Shown: piece by piece, positions 23,926 to 38,974 of the stretch | Numbering within the stretch: position 1 is the stretch's first letter | Layout: every line of letters begins with the position of its first letter | Origin: the human T2T-CHM13v2.0 reference genome, Homo sapiens | Length of the DNA: 64,000 nucleotides | NCBI RefSeq assembly: GCF_009914755.1 | Contig: NC_060925.1 | Direction: 5' to 3' (one strand) | Notes under the pieces: generated by a model | Seen by the model: the letters and a program-made list of their open reading frames with translations, nothing else | The model's database searches: none | What the model was told of the DNA's origin: nothing | Made by a program: the position numbers and the translations under genes

Positions 23926-25481
23926 TTAGAGTCATATTATTAATTGTATTTTACAGAAGAAGAAACTGGAGCTCAGATAATTTCAGTAACTAGCCCAGAA
24001 TCACACAGCTGGCAGGAAAATGATAAGCTAGAACTCAACCTAAAGTCCTTGGGAACCGAGGTCAGCACTCTACCTGCACCAGAGCTGCCCACTGTGGGCT
24101 ATTCTTCTCACTTAGAACAAAAGCCACCTTATAACTTTTGTGTGTCCAGTGCCAGGCACAATACCTGACATATAGAAGAAACTCTCATATATTTGTTAAA
24201 TGAATTAAAATGCTCCACAAATATTTGTGATAAAAATGTTACATTTTAATTTGGTTGCCAAAATTAAGGCTCAGATGAAAGAAAAAAAATAAGTTCCATA
24301 TAACTGTCTTAATGTAGCTAAATATTCAAGTGTTATTGAGGGAAAAAGAATCACAATTAACTCAGCATTGTTTTATGTACAGGGAATTGCTTGCTGTTAG
24401 GAGAGAGTTGAGGGACTATAATACACAGTGCCTGTTGTACTGTAGATTTAGGGAGATAATGAGGAAGCAAACTGATATTAACTACCTAGCCACCCTACTT
24501 ACTCTCTTTCTTTTAAGCCCCACAACAACTCTGCAAAGTATATATAAACATTCTCATCTCATTCCCGAGAATGAAAAAAAAAAAATGGCCTGCTCAGGGT
24601 TACCCATACTTGATGAAGCTGTCTGACTCCAAACCCATTTGTTTGCACTATATCACAAAAGATTTGAAAATTTACATTGGTGACCCAAGAATTAAATAAA
24701 AACAGAGAAAAACCACATCAGAACTGTTATAAGTCAGTCCAAAATTCACTTCAGATGTGCTCTGACATAAAAGAAGAGTGATTCTCTGAGCCTCTATTTT
24801 TTCATCCATGAAATGGGTCATAAATATGCCCTCCTCCCAGTGGGGTTGTAAAGCTCAGTTGCTTCAGTGGATGTGGAAGGGCCTTTGAAATAGAAAGTGT
24901 AAGGTTAGTGGACCTTAAGCCCTTGCAATATGGATTCTGTTCTCTCAGCATTTTCAAAACTGTTATTTCCAAAATCACCAGTAACCTCTTACTAATTAAA
25001 GTAGTAACCTTCTCTCAATCTTTTCCAATCACACTCAACCTGAAACCATTTGGACATATTTGCCTGTATCTGCTCCTCCCCTCCGTTCTGAAACCAACCC
25101 TCTCCATCTCATCTCTGTGTATCTGTCTCCGAAGCACAGAAAACACACATACGCACATGCACACACACATGCATGCATACATGCACATATACGCTATTAT
25201 GGGCTGAAGTATGCCCTCCAAAAATTCAAATGCTGAAGTCCTAATCTCTAATATCTCTGAACGTGACCTTATTTGGAAATAGGATCTTTCCGGAAATAAT
25301 CAAGTTAAACTGAGTTTGCTTCAGCAGATGCAGAAGGGCCTTTTAAATAGAAAAATTGTTATAAAGAAGAACTGAGATAATATATCTCCAGTGCTCAACA
25401 AAGGATGGGGACTGGTTGATAGTAAGCACGGTAAATGGTAGCTATTAGTAGTAGTAGTAGAAGCTTTCTGATGTTTTATAG

Positions 25482-25680
25482 TCAGAGATGAGCAAACTTT
25501 TCTAAAAAGGGACAGATAGAAAATATCTTTTTTTCAAGACAAAGTCTGACACATTTTCTCCTTTGTTTTCTGCTTCTCTGTTTTTTTGTTTACAACTACT
25601 CAAAAATGTAAAATCCATTCTTGTTTGTGGGCTGTACACAAACTGAATGCAGGCCAAATTTAACCCTTGCCAATTCCTGG
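25482..25680. mobile_element. MER58-like hAT MITE
   Basis: CAGAGATGAGCAAACTTTTTCTAAAAAGGGACAGATAG ... TTGCCAATTCCTG. Confidence 0.65.
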
Positions 25681-26702
25681 CTAGAATCTCCAGTACAGTG
25701 TTAAACAGAGATGGGGAGACCAGACTTCCTATTTTGTTCCTGATCTGAAGTGAAAGGCATTCAGTCTTTCACCATTAAGTACGACATTAGCTATAGCTTT
25801 TAAGATAGAAGGTTAGGTTTCCTTAGATATGGTTTATCAGCTAGAAGAAGTTCCTTCTGCTCCTAATTTACTGAAAGTTTTTGTAGTAAATGGGTGTTGA
25901 ATTTTGTCAAATACTTTTTTGGCATGTATTGAGATGATTATAAGGTTTTTGTCCTTTAATGTATTAATATGGTATATTATGTTAAATGATTTATGGATGT
26001 TAAACCAATCTTGTATTCCTGAGATAAATTTCACTTGATTGTGAAGTAGAATCTCTTTATCTATATGTTTCTGAATTCAGTTTCTTAATACTATCTTGAG
26101 GAGTTTTGCATCTATATTTATGAGGAATATGGATCTACTGTTTAACTTTCTTGTAATATCTTTTTCTGACTTTGGTATCAAGTTAACACTGGCCTCATAA
26201 AAAGAGTTGTGAAGTGTTTCCTCCTCTTCTATATTTTGGAAGAGTTTGCAACGGATTGGCATTAATTCTTTTTTAAATATTTGTTAGAATTCGCCAGTAA
26301 AGCCATCTAGGCTGGGGCTTTTCTTTGTCAGAAAATCTTTAATTACTAACTCATTTTCTTTGCTTGTTTTAATCTATTCACATTTTTAATCTTTGAGTCA
26401 ATTGTGTTAAATTTGCATCTTTCTAGGAATTTCTTCATTTCATGTAAGTTGTCTAAATTTTTGGCATAAAGTTGTTCATAGAATTCCCTTAAGCCTTTTA
26501 ATTTCTGTAAGGTGGTTAGTAATGTCATCTCTTTCATTCCAATTTTTTTCATTTGCCTTTTGTCTCTTCTATTCTGGATCAGTATAGTAAAAGTTTCATA
26601 AATTTTATTAATATTTTCATTAAATTTTTAGTTTTGTTGAATTTCTCTACTTTTTTGTTTTTCTGTTTCCTGTTTCACTGTTTTCCACTCTAATTTGTAT
26701 TA

Positions 26703-27016
26703 CAGTTGTCCCTTCATATCCATAGGTTCTACATCATTGAATTCAGCCAACTGTGGATTGAAAATATTTGGAAAAAAACAATAAAAAAACAACACTATAA
26801 TTATAAAAATAACACAAATTTTAAAAATTACAGTGTAACAAGTATTTACATAGCATTTACATTAGGTGCTATAAGTAATCTAGAGATGGGTTAAAGTATA
26901 TAGGTGGTTATATGCAAATGCTATGCCATTTTATATAAGGGATTTGGGTATCCACAGATTTTGCTATCTGTAAGGGATCCTGGAAAAAATCCCCCACAGA
27001 TAACAAAAAACAACTG
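26703..27016. mobile_element. MER2 (TcMar-Tigger) nested in the L1
   Basis: Terminal inverted repeats CAGTTG...CAACTG flanked by TA on both sides. Confidence 0.85.
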
Positions 27017-27104
27017 TATTTCCTTACTTCTACTTGCTTTGGGTTTGAATTGCTATTATTTTTCTAGTTTTTTTAAGTGGAAACACAGGTCAATGGTCTG
27101 AGAT

Positions 27105-27445
<341 letters not shown>

Positions 27446-30400
27446 TAATATAGGCATTAAAAGTTATAATTTTCCTCTATGTACTGCCTTAGCTGGACCC
27501 CACAAATTTTGATGCTTGGTTTCATTCTTGTTCAGTATATTTCCTAATTTCCTCTGTGATTTATTAACTCACAGTTTATTTAGAATTGCATTGTCTAATT
27601 GCCAAATATTTGTGGATTTCCCAAATTTCTTTCACTTGTTGATTTTAATGCGATACTGGTTTTGTTGGACAACATACTTGTCATAACTTCAATTATTTTC
27701 AATTTATTGAGAACTGTTTTATGCTCTATCACATATCTATTCTAAATAATTGTTTTATGTGTGCTTGAAAAGAATATGCATTCTGCTGCTGTTGGATGGA
27801 GTGCTCTAAGATACTAGTTAGGTCAAAATAATTGATAGTGTTGTTCAAATTCTCCATATAACTGATGATTTTCTTTCTAGTTGGCCTATCAATTATTAAG
27901 AGTATGATATTGAGATCTCCAACTATTATTACAGAATTGCCTATTTCTCCCTTCAGTTCTTTCTGTTTTTAGTTCACTTGTTTTGGGACTCTGTTGTTAG
28001 TTGCATATATATTTTAATTGTTCCATTTTCCTGATATCCTATACATCTTGTTTCTAATAAGACTTTTTGTTTTAAAGTCTATTTCTTTGATATTAGTATG
28101 ATGACTCCAGCTCTATTTTGGTTGTTTGCATGGTATATCTTTTTCCATTATTTTACTTTTCAACGTATTTGACTCAATCTAAAATATGTGTTTTGGATAC
28201 AGCATATAGTAGGATCTTCTTTTATTATCCAGTCTGACAATCTGCTTTTTGATAGAAGCAGTTAATTCATTTACATCTAATGTAACTATTGATATGGATG
28301 GATTTATATCTGCATTTTGATACTTTTTTGTATGTCTCATGATTTTTGTGCTCCTCCTTAATTGCCTTCTTCTGTGTAAGATAGATATTTTCTTCTGTAC
28401 CATTTTAACTCCTTGTTGGATTTATTTATACATTTTGAGTTGTTTTCTTAATAAATTTTCCAGAGATTTCAACATGCACCTTAACTTTTCATAATATACT
28501 TTAGATTAATACTAAGTTACTTCTAATAAAATATGGAAATTTTGTTAAAATATATCTCCATTTTCTTTCTCCTTCTTTGTGTTATTATAGTCATATACAT
28601 CATTATATGTTATAAGCCCAACAATAGATTTTAAAGTTATTATTTCATGCAATTGTCTTTTAAATCAGTTATGAGAAAAGAAACATATATTTATTGTCTT
28701 TTATATTTATCTTCATAATTAACTTACAAGTGCTCTTTATTTCTCCATGAATTCAAGCTATCACCTAGTGTCATTTTCTTTCAGTCCAGAAAACTTTCTT
28801 TACTCTTTCTCGTAAGTCGGGTCTGCTAGCCACAAATTCATTTAGTCTCTGTTTATCTGAGAATATCTTTGTGAAGAATAGTTTTGCTGGAAATAGAATT
28901 CTTGGTTGATAGGTTTTTGTCTTTCAGCACTTTGAATATGTCAATAATTCTGCCTTCCGGCCTCTATTTCTAGTAGGAAGTCAGTTGTCAATCTTATTTT
29001 CATTCCTCTGTATACAGTGAGTGTTTTTTTACTTCTTGCTGATCTTAGAATTATTTCTTTATATTTGGTTTTCAATCGTTTGACTATGATATATCTAAAT
29101 GTGATTTGTGTGTGTGTGTGTTTATCCTATTTGGAGTTCACTGAGGTTCTTGGATGTGAGGATTATTTTTTAAATTAAATTTGGTGAGTTTTTGGGCATT
29201 ATTTCCTCAAATATTCTTTCCCCTCTTTCTTTCTTTCAATTGCTTATGAGACTCCCATGAAACATATGTTGCTGTGCTTAATGGTGTCCTATAGGTCTCT
29301 GAGGCCCTGTTCATCTTTCTCTATTTGTTTTCTGTTCTTCCAATTGGATAAGTCCTATTTATCTATCTTCAAGTTTGCTAAATCTTTCTCCTGACATCTT
29401 GAATCTGCTGTTGAGCCCCTTGAGTAAATTTTTTGTTTCAATTACTGTAGTTTTCAACTCCAGAACTTCCATTTGGTTCTTTTTTTTGGTAATTTATATC
29501 TCTTTATTGATATTCTCTAGTGAATTATTATAATAATACTTTCCATTCACTTTTTAAACATGGTTTGCTTTCACCTTTGAACAGATTTATAATAGCTGCT
29601 TTGAAGTCTTTTTCTGCGAAGTCCAAATCTGTACCCGTCAAATATAGTATGTTTTAACTACTTTTTTTCTGAGTATGGGTCATATTTTCCTGCTTCTTTG
29701 CACATCTTGTTTTTTTTGTTGTTGTTGTTTTACAAGTGATATTTTAGATAACATATTATAGGAATTCTGGATTCTGATTCTTCCCAGAAGTTGTCATTAT
29801 TTCTAGGATTTTTATTGTTGTTGTTTTGTTCAGTGACTTTGTTTGACTATTTCTGTAGAATTTGTCTCCCCCAGATTGCACAGCCACTAATGTTTCCAAT
29901 CAGTTTTTCTTTTACTCCTCTTTTCATTTTAAGCCTGGATTCTAGAGATTACCCCTGGTAAGCATAGTGTAGTGATCATGTTGAGTGGTCAGAGGCAGTA
30001 CTTAAACATCTTGATTCAGTAACATTTCTACCCTTTGACAATGGATCTGTTTGTGGGTTGGAGAACACTTTCAACCTTCAGGCAGTTTACAAATCTGATA
30101 CAGTTTACTTTCTGACATGCCTTCTTGCATCTCCTCCATAAGTTTATGAGGTCTCATATTCAGCCATGGATGAATAGTTAGTTAAAGCCTTCTCTGGTGT
30201 CTCCAGATTATGCACACAGCTGCACCTATGTGTGTAGCCTTCCAGAACAACAAAGATCAACAGGGATAGTGGCAGCTTATCAAGGTACACAATGGCTATC
30301 TCATTCTAGATCTCCCTGTTAAACTTTTGGCTAGTCTGTTGACTTGTGACTTGCAACCAGTATTGCAAGTTGGATTTTCATTTATTTGCCTTACAGATTG

Positions 30401-30473
30401 CTACTGTTTTTTAACAATGCCCCTGGACATGCACACACTTAAAATCAATCCTGTTTCTCTAGCTATAGGGTTT

Positions 30474-30885
30474 CTGCTTCTTTGCACGTCTTGTTTGTTG
30501 TTATTGTTTTACAAGTGATATTTTAGATGACGTATTATAGGAATTCTGGATTCTGATTCTTCCCAGAAGTTGTTATTTCCAGGGTTTTTATTGTTGTTGT
30601 TATTTGTTTAGTGACTTTATTTGACTAATTCTGTAGAATTTGTCTCCCCCAGATTGTACAGCCACTAATGCTTGCAATCAGTTTTTCTTTTATTCCTCTT
30701 TTCATTTTTAAGCCTGTTAGATACCCCTATTAAATTTTTGGCTAGTCTGTTGACTTGTGACTTGCAACCATTATTTCAAGTTGGCTTTTCAATTATTTGC
30801 CTTAAAGATTGCTATTGCTTTTAACAACGCCCCTGGACATGCACACACTCCAAATCAATCCTGTTTCTCTAGCTATAGGGTTTCT
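30474..30885 (+). repeat. Tandem duplicate of 29690-30475 with internal deletion
   Basis: 30474-30716 matches 29690-29937, and 30718-30885 matches 30307-30475. Confidence 0.92.
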
Positions 30886-32759
30886 AACTTTCAGCTTGCC
30901 CAGCCATTATAGAAGAACCCTATATGTTTTATAGGGTCAGGATTTGCTTTTAAGGGAGTAGAGAAGTCCTGTACTTGTTCAGAACTGCCTGGGATTTAGA
31001 TGGAAAGTCTTTCTTATTCTGTAATTCAGTATTTAAAAACACCCACTTGCCTACAGATATAAATCACATTCTTCAATATCAGTTTTATTATTAATAAAAA
31101 TAAAGATTTTAAAAATATATAACATATGATATATAACATAATAATATATATTAATAATATATATATAATGCTCTTTCTTACCTCTAATCTCTTAATTGAT
31201 TAGATTTTCTGAAAATAAGCAGTCCTAATACCTAGGACAATAACTCCTACTCCCTGTGTTTTAAATCAAACCTCTTTCAGCTGGACCATTCTGCCTCCTA
31301 TTCAATTTTCTTATTTTGAATGATAATGATAACCAATAAAACAGAAAAGTAAACGTCTCTGCTCTTCAGGTACACTATCCAAATACATGGAAAAGCTACT
31401 TAGTACAAACCACTTGAAATGCAGTAGAATCAGCTAAAATAGTGTTCTGTTCTTTAATCCAGTCTGATGCTTCTCCTGTCAATTGGCTGGAACATGAATT
31501 CTAAGAAATCACTAGATGTTCACAGCAGGTGCAAAGGTAAGCTCATGTTCTGGGGAGGTCCACATTTTCCCTGGGTAGCAGATGTTTTGCTACATGACAT
31601 TTAGAAATAAGTCAAAGTTGTTATTTGTTATGTATAATGGGTCTCAAAGAATAAATGAAAAGCCTTTTACTCTAATTCAGAATGCATTTTGCCACTCTGA
31701 AGGATACATTGGTTGAGCTCTTAAAAGCTCAGGCATGGGAACAAGAGATTGATATGGCTGAATATGTGTCTAAGGGAACAGTCAAAGAGAGCAGCCATGT
31801 CTAGCATGAGGAAGAGCAGACTGCACTCAAATCAACCCGTTACACTAAAGAGTGGGAAAGGTTCTTTATTGCTTTCTCAGCTGGAAAGATACCCTTATCC
31901 CACATTCTGCAAAACAAAACAAAACAAAAAACTCAGTTATCTTTTCTATTCATTAGAATAATATAAGTGAAACCACTACTAGTTTGATGAGGATTTCTAC
32001 TCAATCGGCATATTCTAGTCTGGGTCCTACTCATCAATCTGTCTCAAAGTAACCCTTCCTATGGTCTAAAAAATGAGAGGGAAGCAGGAGAAGGATGGGT
32101 AAGATGTCATGGGTTTATGGTCTCATTATCTGCAGGCATCTGAAGTTTTTAGCTGTGTGCTGAGGAAACATACACAAATGGGACCCCCAGCAGTATTTTC
32201 CTGACATATCTCTAGGGCCTGCAGCAAATACATGCTGGGCAAGCATCATACTGTCATGTCAAGTTGTGGTCACTCAGAAGGAATCCTAGCCTGAAGCCCT
32301 ATTGACAGTTCAGGAACCTGGAAGGCTTTCCTGATTGGACATCTGGGCTGGCTATAAGGTCTTGTTTCATGCTGATTCCTGAAGCCTACCATAGGTTTTG
32401 TTTTGTTTTGTTTTGTTTTTAAAGACTTTGAATCTTTAATATATGATATCCCTCTGGCACTACTTCTGGCAAAGTGGCTTCATGCTGGAACTTCAGTAGT
32501 CTCCTGGAAACTCAGACCAAGTCAGCTGTTCCCCTCACTTCCCCAGCCAGCAATGTCACCTATGCCTAGATAGGCCACCCTCAAAGAGATGGGGGAAGTT
32601 GTTGTGTTATAGAAGTAATGAAGCTCTTAAATCTAAAAACGTGTGTTCAGGTGGTACTGCCCTCTACAATCTATATGACCTTGGGCAAGTCATTGAGTTT
32701 CTCTGAACCTCCGATTGCTCATCTGTGGCATGTGGATAGGGCCATTGACCCTAGAGTTT

Positions 32760-33255
32760 GTGTGGTGGATACTGTGGTTTGCTTCATCCAGTACCCATTC
32801 TAATCTCCTTCTAACTTGCCTTCTGTTCTAACAGCAAAACTACATTTCCTGAACTTTCTTCCAGAAAGGGTACAGTCATGTGACATAATTCTCTCCATTT
32901 ATACACAGCCATTCAAGACTTCTAAACAGAAACTATCATGAGGCAGTGGCCACCCAGGGAGAGCAAATATTCTGGCAGGATCACTAGTAAGACTTCTGGT
33001 TCTTCTAGAGCAGTGGGGGTCGAGTTCATGGCTTCAAGCCTGAGTGCAGCAGAAATCAAACAGCAAGCATCAAGGGCAAGAGATTTTTCACTAGCATGGG
33101 GCAACAGAATGAATGGAAGCTTTTCCTGCCCATAGTGTTGTTAATGGTATAGCATCCAAGCCTGGTTCTCTGCCTCTTTCTGAGATTTTGTGAGCCAATT
33201 CGTACTCTTTAATTGATTACTTTTTGCTTAAATTATTGTATTGTCATCTGCAACC
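32760..33255 (+). mobile_element. MLT1-type MaLR LTR
   Basis: AAAACTACATTTCC..GTCATGTGACATAATTCT ... CTTTTTGCTTAAA..TGCAACCAAGA. Confidence 0.5.
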
Positions 33256-33453
33256 AAGAAGCCTGGGAATAGCAGTTATTTTATTAAAGGAAGTAAATAA
33301 AAGTGAAAGTAACTAATAAACTCTAAATGTTAGACAAATGGTAGAAAATTATGTTCAATAACTTTTTTTTCTTTTTAAAGATGAATACATTGCAGAAATT
33401 CTAGGAAAGGGAGTTGTTATTTAATTCTCAAAACAACTCTGTGGGCAGACATC

Positions 33454-33900
33454 TGTATTAGTTTTATTTTTCTGCAATAATGCTGAATAACAAACAACCC
33501 TAAAACTCAGTAAATTATTTAGTGTGAGAGTCATCTACATGGTTCTTCTGGCTTATCCTGGACTTCCTCATATGTCTGAGCATTAACTGGATATTGGATA
33601 ATCTAGGCTGGCTTTGGTTGACGGAATTGGGCCAAGTTTCCTCCTCTCTATGTCTTTCTCATCTTCCAACATGCTGGACCAAGTTTGCTTTCATGATCAT
33701 GGCAGAGGACCAAGAGTACAACTGGAAACACACTAGCATTACTTAAGCCTCTGCTTGTATCACATTTGATAATATCTTGTTGGCTAGAGCATGTCATATA
33801 GTGTCAGAGTGAGACAGCACTACTAAATTACATGGCAAAAAGTGTGAACACAGAAAGGAAGGGAGAAGCATTAGGACTATTACTGCAATCTGCCACTGCA
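33454..33900 (-). mobile_element. MLT1-type MaLR LTR
   Basis: TGTATTAGTT..GCAATAATGCTG..AACAAACAACCC.AAAACTCAG. Confidence 0.65.
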
Positions 33901-34016
33901 CATATAACCCAACTTCATGGATTATTAGAGAAGCTCAAAGAGATTAAATAAGCTGTCCTGCGTCCCAAACATAGTCAGTGATGGTGATGAAAGATTAATC
34001 CACTTTAATCTGACTC

Positions 34017-34326
34017 CAGCCAGGCACAGCGGCTCATGCCTATAATCCCAGCACTTTGGGAGGCTGAGGCAGGAGGATCGCTCAAAGCCAGGAATTCAAG
34101 TCCAGCCTGGACACCAAAGGAAGACCTTAACTCTACAAAAAAAAAAAAAAGTAAAAATAAAAAATAAACTAGCCAGGCTCATAGGTGTGCACTTGTAGTC
34201 CCAGTTACTCAGGAAGTTGAAGTGGGAGGATTACTTGAGCCTCGGAGTTTAGGTTGTAGTGAGCTAGATCATGCTACTGCACTCCAGCCTGGGACCACAC
34301 AGTAAGACCCTGTCTGAAAAAAAAAG
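34017..34326 (+). mobile_element. AluJ
   Basis: GGAGGATCGCTCAAAGCCAGGAATTCAAG, GGGAGGATTACTTGAGCC, A tail. Confidence 0.92.
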
Positions 34327-34404
34327 AAGCCTGACTACAAAGCACCCAGGAAAATTCTGCTAAATACATGTGTGTGGGTATATTTAAGATTTATGTATAT
34401 TTTA

Positions 34405-35065
<661 letters not shown>

Positions 35066-36359
35066 TAGTGTGTAAAATAAAACAAAAAACAAAGAATATG
35101 TGACAGAGATCATACGCGGCTAGTATTCAAAGCCTAAAATATTTGCTATTTGGTTCTTTACAGAAAATGTTTGATAGAGAATCGATTTAATATATGACTT
35201 GGTCTACAATCTCCACTTTGGACCATTGTTTAGAATTCACAACATATTCTATTAATGAGCATTCTCCCCTAAGAGAAGTGACTGGGTATTCAGGTACTGA
35301 GTTTCCCAACACTGTAAACATTCATCTAAAATAGCATGTTCCTACTCTGAGTGGAAGCTAAATCGTATAACCCCTAAGGCCTGTCTAATACTAAGATCCC
35401 ATGTTTATAATCACGGAGCTAGGATTTGATGCATTACAGGTGATCACTGGACGATTCAGTTGTCCAAAGATAAAAGAGCCTCTTTAGTGGAAATGCTATG
35501 GTTCAAAAACAATCAAGCCATGATGTTTTAACAACTTGTAATTCATTCAATAATATCAGAACTTGCTAGAAATTGATGGTGGTGGTTATGTATACCTGTC
35601 ACCATCAAAGACTAGGAAAGGAGGTAACTCACTGATTATGCTTTGTTTTTCTCTGTTTACACTTGTATGACCAAAGCTGAAGGTAGCTGAGCCTCCAGTA
35701 AATGGAAGTTTGCTTGTGTACCTGAATTTCATGGGTCCTGAATGTTCCACAAGGGAACCAAGCACAGCAAAAGTATTTATACACCACAGCCACTAATCAG
35801 GGTTTAATTAGCCTTATAATTAGAAGGGTAAACAGAAGTACAATTCCCAAATTGCTTGTTGTTTTTTTACATGTCCATAGAGCACTATTTTATTTGCCTT
35901 TGCACCCCCCACCCAGCATTTTAGCACAAAATTAACCTTTAAAATGTGTTAACTGTTGCATGGATTGCTGGCTTGCTTTCCACAAAATTCAGCTTTGTCA
36001 TATTTGGTTAATTACAATGTCCAAAGTTATCAACCACAAGCTTCTTCAACTCTGTGAATGTTACTGAAAGCAGGAAAGGATGTTTTTATTCCTAGCTATC
36101 CTTCAGCTGTTCCAATGCAAAATAGCAGTCCAGATTTGTAGTCTGGGTGTCATTTAAGTAGTTTTTCCATAAGGTTTATTTAATTTTATATTCAGGAAAG
36201 TGAGTTTAAATGTCATTCTATTAATTTTACAAATGATGAAACTGGCATGCAGAGAATTTAAGTGGTTTGTGGAAGGTCATTCTGTCTAGGACAAGTTTCT
36301 CAAAGTACATTCCCTAGACCACCCTCATTTCTATCATTTAGGGTTTAACCAGACACCTC

Positions 36360-36915
36360 CGATGTGCCACTCAAGATGCACTTAGCTTTTCCTGGCCCTC
36401 TGTTCCACCCCAGCATCCCGCTAACAACCAGCCCTGCCCACTGGTTGCAGGTCCCCACTGACTTCCAAAGCAGGCAAACTGACAGCACTTTGGTCACACC
36501 AATGGCCTGTGCCCTTATCTCTTGTCCTTACTACCCTGGCTGAGGCACAAGAAGTCACGGACTTGGCAACATGTATTTTCAATGTGGAAGTACAAACAAG
36601 TAAATGCTCCATGGGGCAAGCCTTTAACCCATGGGAATGGGAGATGGATCAGTTCTTCTCCCTTCCTCCCATGCTCTGACCATCCTGAGGCACAGGGGTC
36701 CCATGGGCTACTGGAAGACAGTCTTGTGAGAAATTGGCTTCACCTGACATGAAGTGGTAGCCAGCTCAATGGCACACCCTTGTATTTGTCCTCCTTTTTC
36801 CTTTCCTCACTCCCTCTTCCCCTCCTGATACTTCTTGGGACTTTAGTCCACAGTAAGGTAGTAGTATTTGTAAGCTTTTGCCTCGGCTTCTGCTTTCTGA
36901 GACCCAGGTCAGCTA
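36360..36915 (+). mobile_element. LTR16-like ERVL LTR, inside a MER5-like element (about 36290-37000)
   Basis: CCATGGGGCAAGCCTTTAACCCATGGGA..GGATCAGTTCTTCTCCC..GGCTTCTGCTTTCTG. The flanks read as the two halves of MER5. Confidence 0.6.
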
Positions 36916-38029
36916 ATACTGGATTAGAACATCTGGGAGTGGGGCATTTTTACAAGATTTCCTGATGATTTCCAGGTACCTTACAGTCTGATGACCACTG
37001 GATCTAGAATCTGAACCCAATGTAAAGGACTCTAAATTCAGTACTCTTTGCAGACTAATATATGCCAGATATAAGAAAGAATCCTGCTGTTCTCACATTG
37101 GGTCAAAGATGGAGAAAGAAACCCCTGACTGACTGTACTCCACCACTCTGAACTTCAAGGGGCTACTGTGGGGTTCCTGACACTGACAACACCTGTCCCA
37201 CGTGGTGAACCAGCTCACCTTCCCATCCAGGCAGCAGTCCAGCCTATCCCCACTTCTCTAATTCTTGATGTCAAATAGGTTACACTCTGACTAGTTTCAT
37301 GCTAGCAGTCAGTCAGGCACATTGTGTGGATGTTGGCCACGGGTTCTCTCTTTCTGTCTCCTTTCCTGAATTCTTCTTTTTTTAAACAAACCACTCCAAC
37401 TAGAAAGAGCCTGATTACCATCCATTGTCTCTTTGCTGGGAAAATATCAGGTTAAAAAAATAAATAAATAAGATCTAGCACTCTCTACCCAAAAGTTCTC
37501 AGGGGGCAGAGCCTCTGGGGCTTTGTTATAGCTGTTTTTACACTCCGTGTCATGTCTTTGAGGCAGAATGAAAAGGGACACTGCCAGGAAACATCTTTGG
37601 AAATGCTATAAATAGCAAATCGGCAAGACCGGGGAACAAAAGAGAAGCGCAGCCAGTGTAATTAGTTCACTTACTGAGCAAGTTGACTATTCCAAGGCGG
37701 AGAACCGTGTTCTAGCTGATGAGACTGTGGGACTGGGGAGGGAGGAAAACTCGACTTCCCGCATGGGTGGAGGAAAGGGGACACATGCTGTGACACCCAG
37801 GCCCCAATGGGCTCTCACAGTCCCCATCCCAGGTTATCAACAATAGCCCACAGAAGAACGTGGGAAGCCAAGGGTCCAAGGCCTGAGTATATGTGAAATG
37901 TGAGAGGGAAATCAAGGAGCTTGAGGTTGGAAAGCAAACAGAAATACAAGATACATGGAGGATGGTGTAAGACTCAGGTCATCACAGGAAGGGACTGAGA
38001 GATCTTCTTAGCCAGAGTTTTCCAAATAA

Positions 38030-38200
38030 TAATGACAATAATATTAACTAATATTTACTGAGCACTTACTATGACTATAAACACATTTAGTTCTTACAAT
38101 AACTTTCTTAAGGTAAGTACTGTTATTATCCCCATTTTACAGATGAGGAAATGGAGGTTTAGAAAAATTAGGTACCTTGCCCAAAGGTACATCTCTAGTT
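38030..38200 (-). mobile_element. MIR
   Basis: TTATTATCCCCATTTTACAGATGAGGAAATGGAGG. Confidence 0.8.
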
Positions 38201-38974
38201 GCAAACTTTTTAAAGCAGTGGAACATTTTTCCTTTTTTTCAATCGGAATCCCAATAATATAAACAGAGTAGTGAAGGAAAGAATCCCGGACCACTGAATT
38301 CCAGCACACCAGAGAACTCAACTGGAAAACCATTCCCTGAGTGCAAGCTGAGGCCGAGAGAGGGGAACAGGACTGTCCCAGGTCACTGGACTGGCTAACC
38401 GTGAAGCTGGAGGACACAGGTCTTCTGGAGCTCATCCAGGGCTCTTTCCAAAATGATGCTTTGCAATCGAGGGGCCACTCCATTTAAAAGTTTCCCCTTT
38501 GAACCACCACTGGACTGAGACCTTAGTTCTGTGCATATAACAACTACGACACCCACCGGCTGCTGTAGATCTGTATCCCCTTTGCCTCCTAACTTGTCTG
38601 TGAAATGTTGAGAGTAGAGTCTGTATCTTTGTGTCTTCGCAGGTGCCTAGCACAGAGGCTGGTACACAGAAGGACCTCATTAAAGTTTATTAAAGGAATG
38701 AATGTTGTGATGGGTGGAGGAACAGATTAATTAATGCGTAAAAATATGTGACCACCTGCAATAAAAATACCACTGTGGAGAACACAAAGTATTTTCATGT
38801 CTAACACCACCTTTGCTTTGCAAAACCAGCTGAAAGGGAGTATTATTATTCCCATTTTACAGCTGAAGGACCTCAGGCATTTAAAAGGAAGATTCTTTCT
38901 CAAAGGAACACAGCTAGGAAGCCAAGGAGCTAAGACTGCACTTAGATGTTCCGACTCCTAAGAATCAATAGCTA

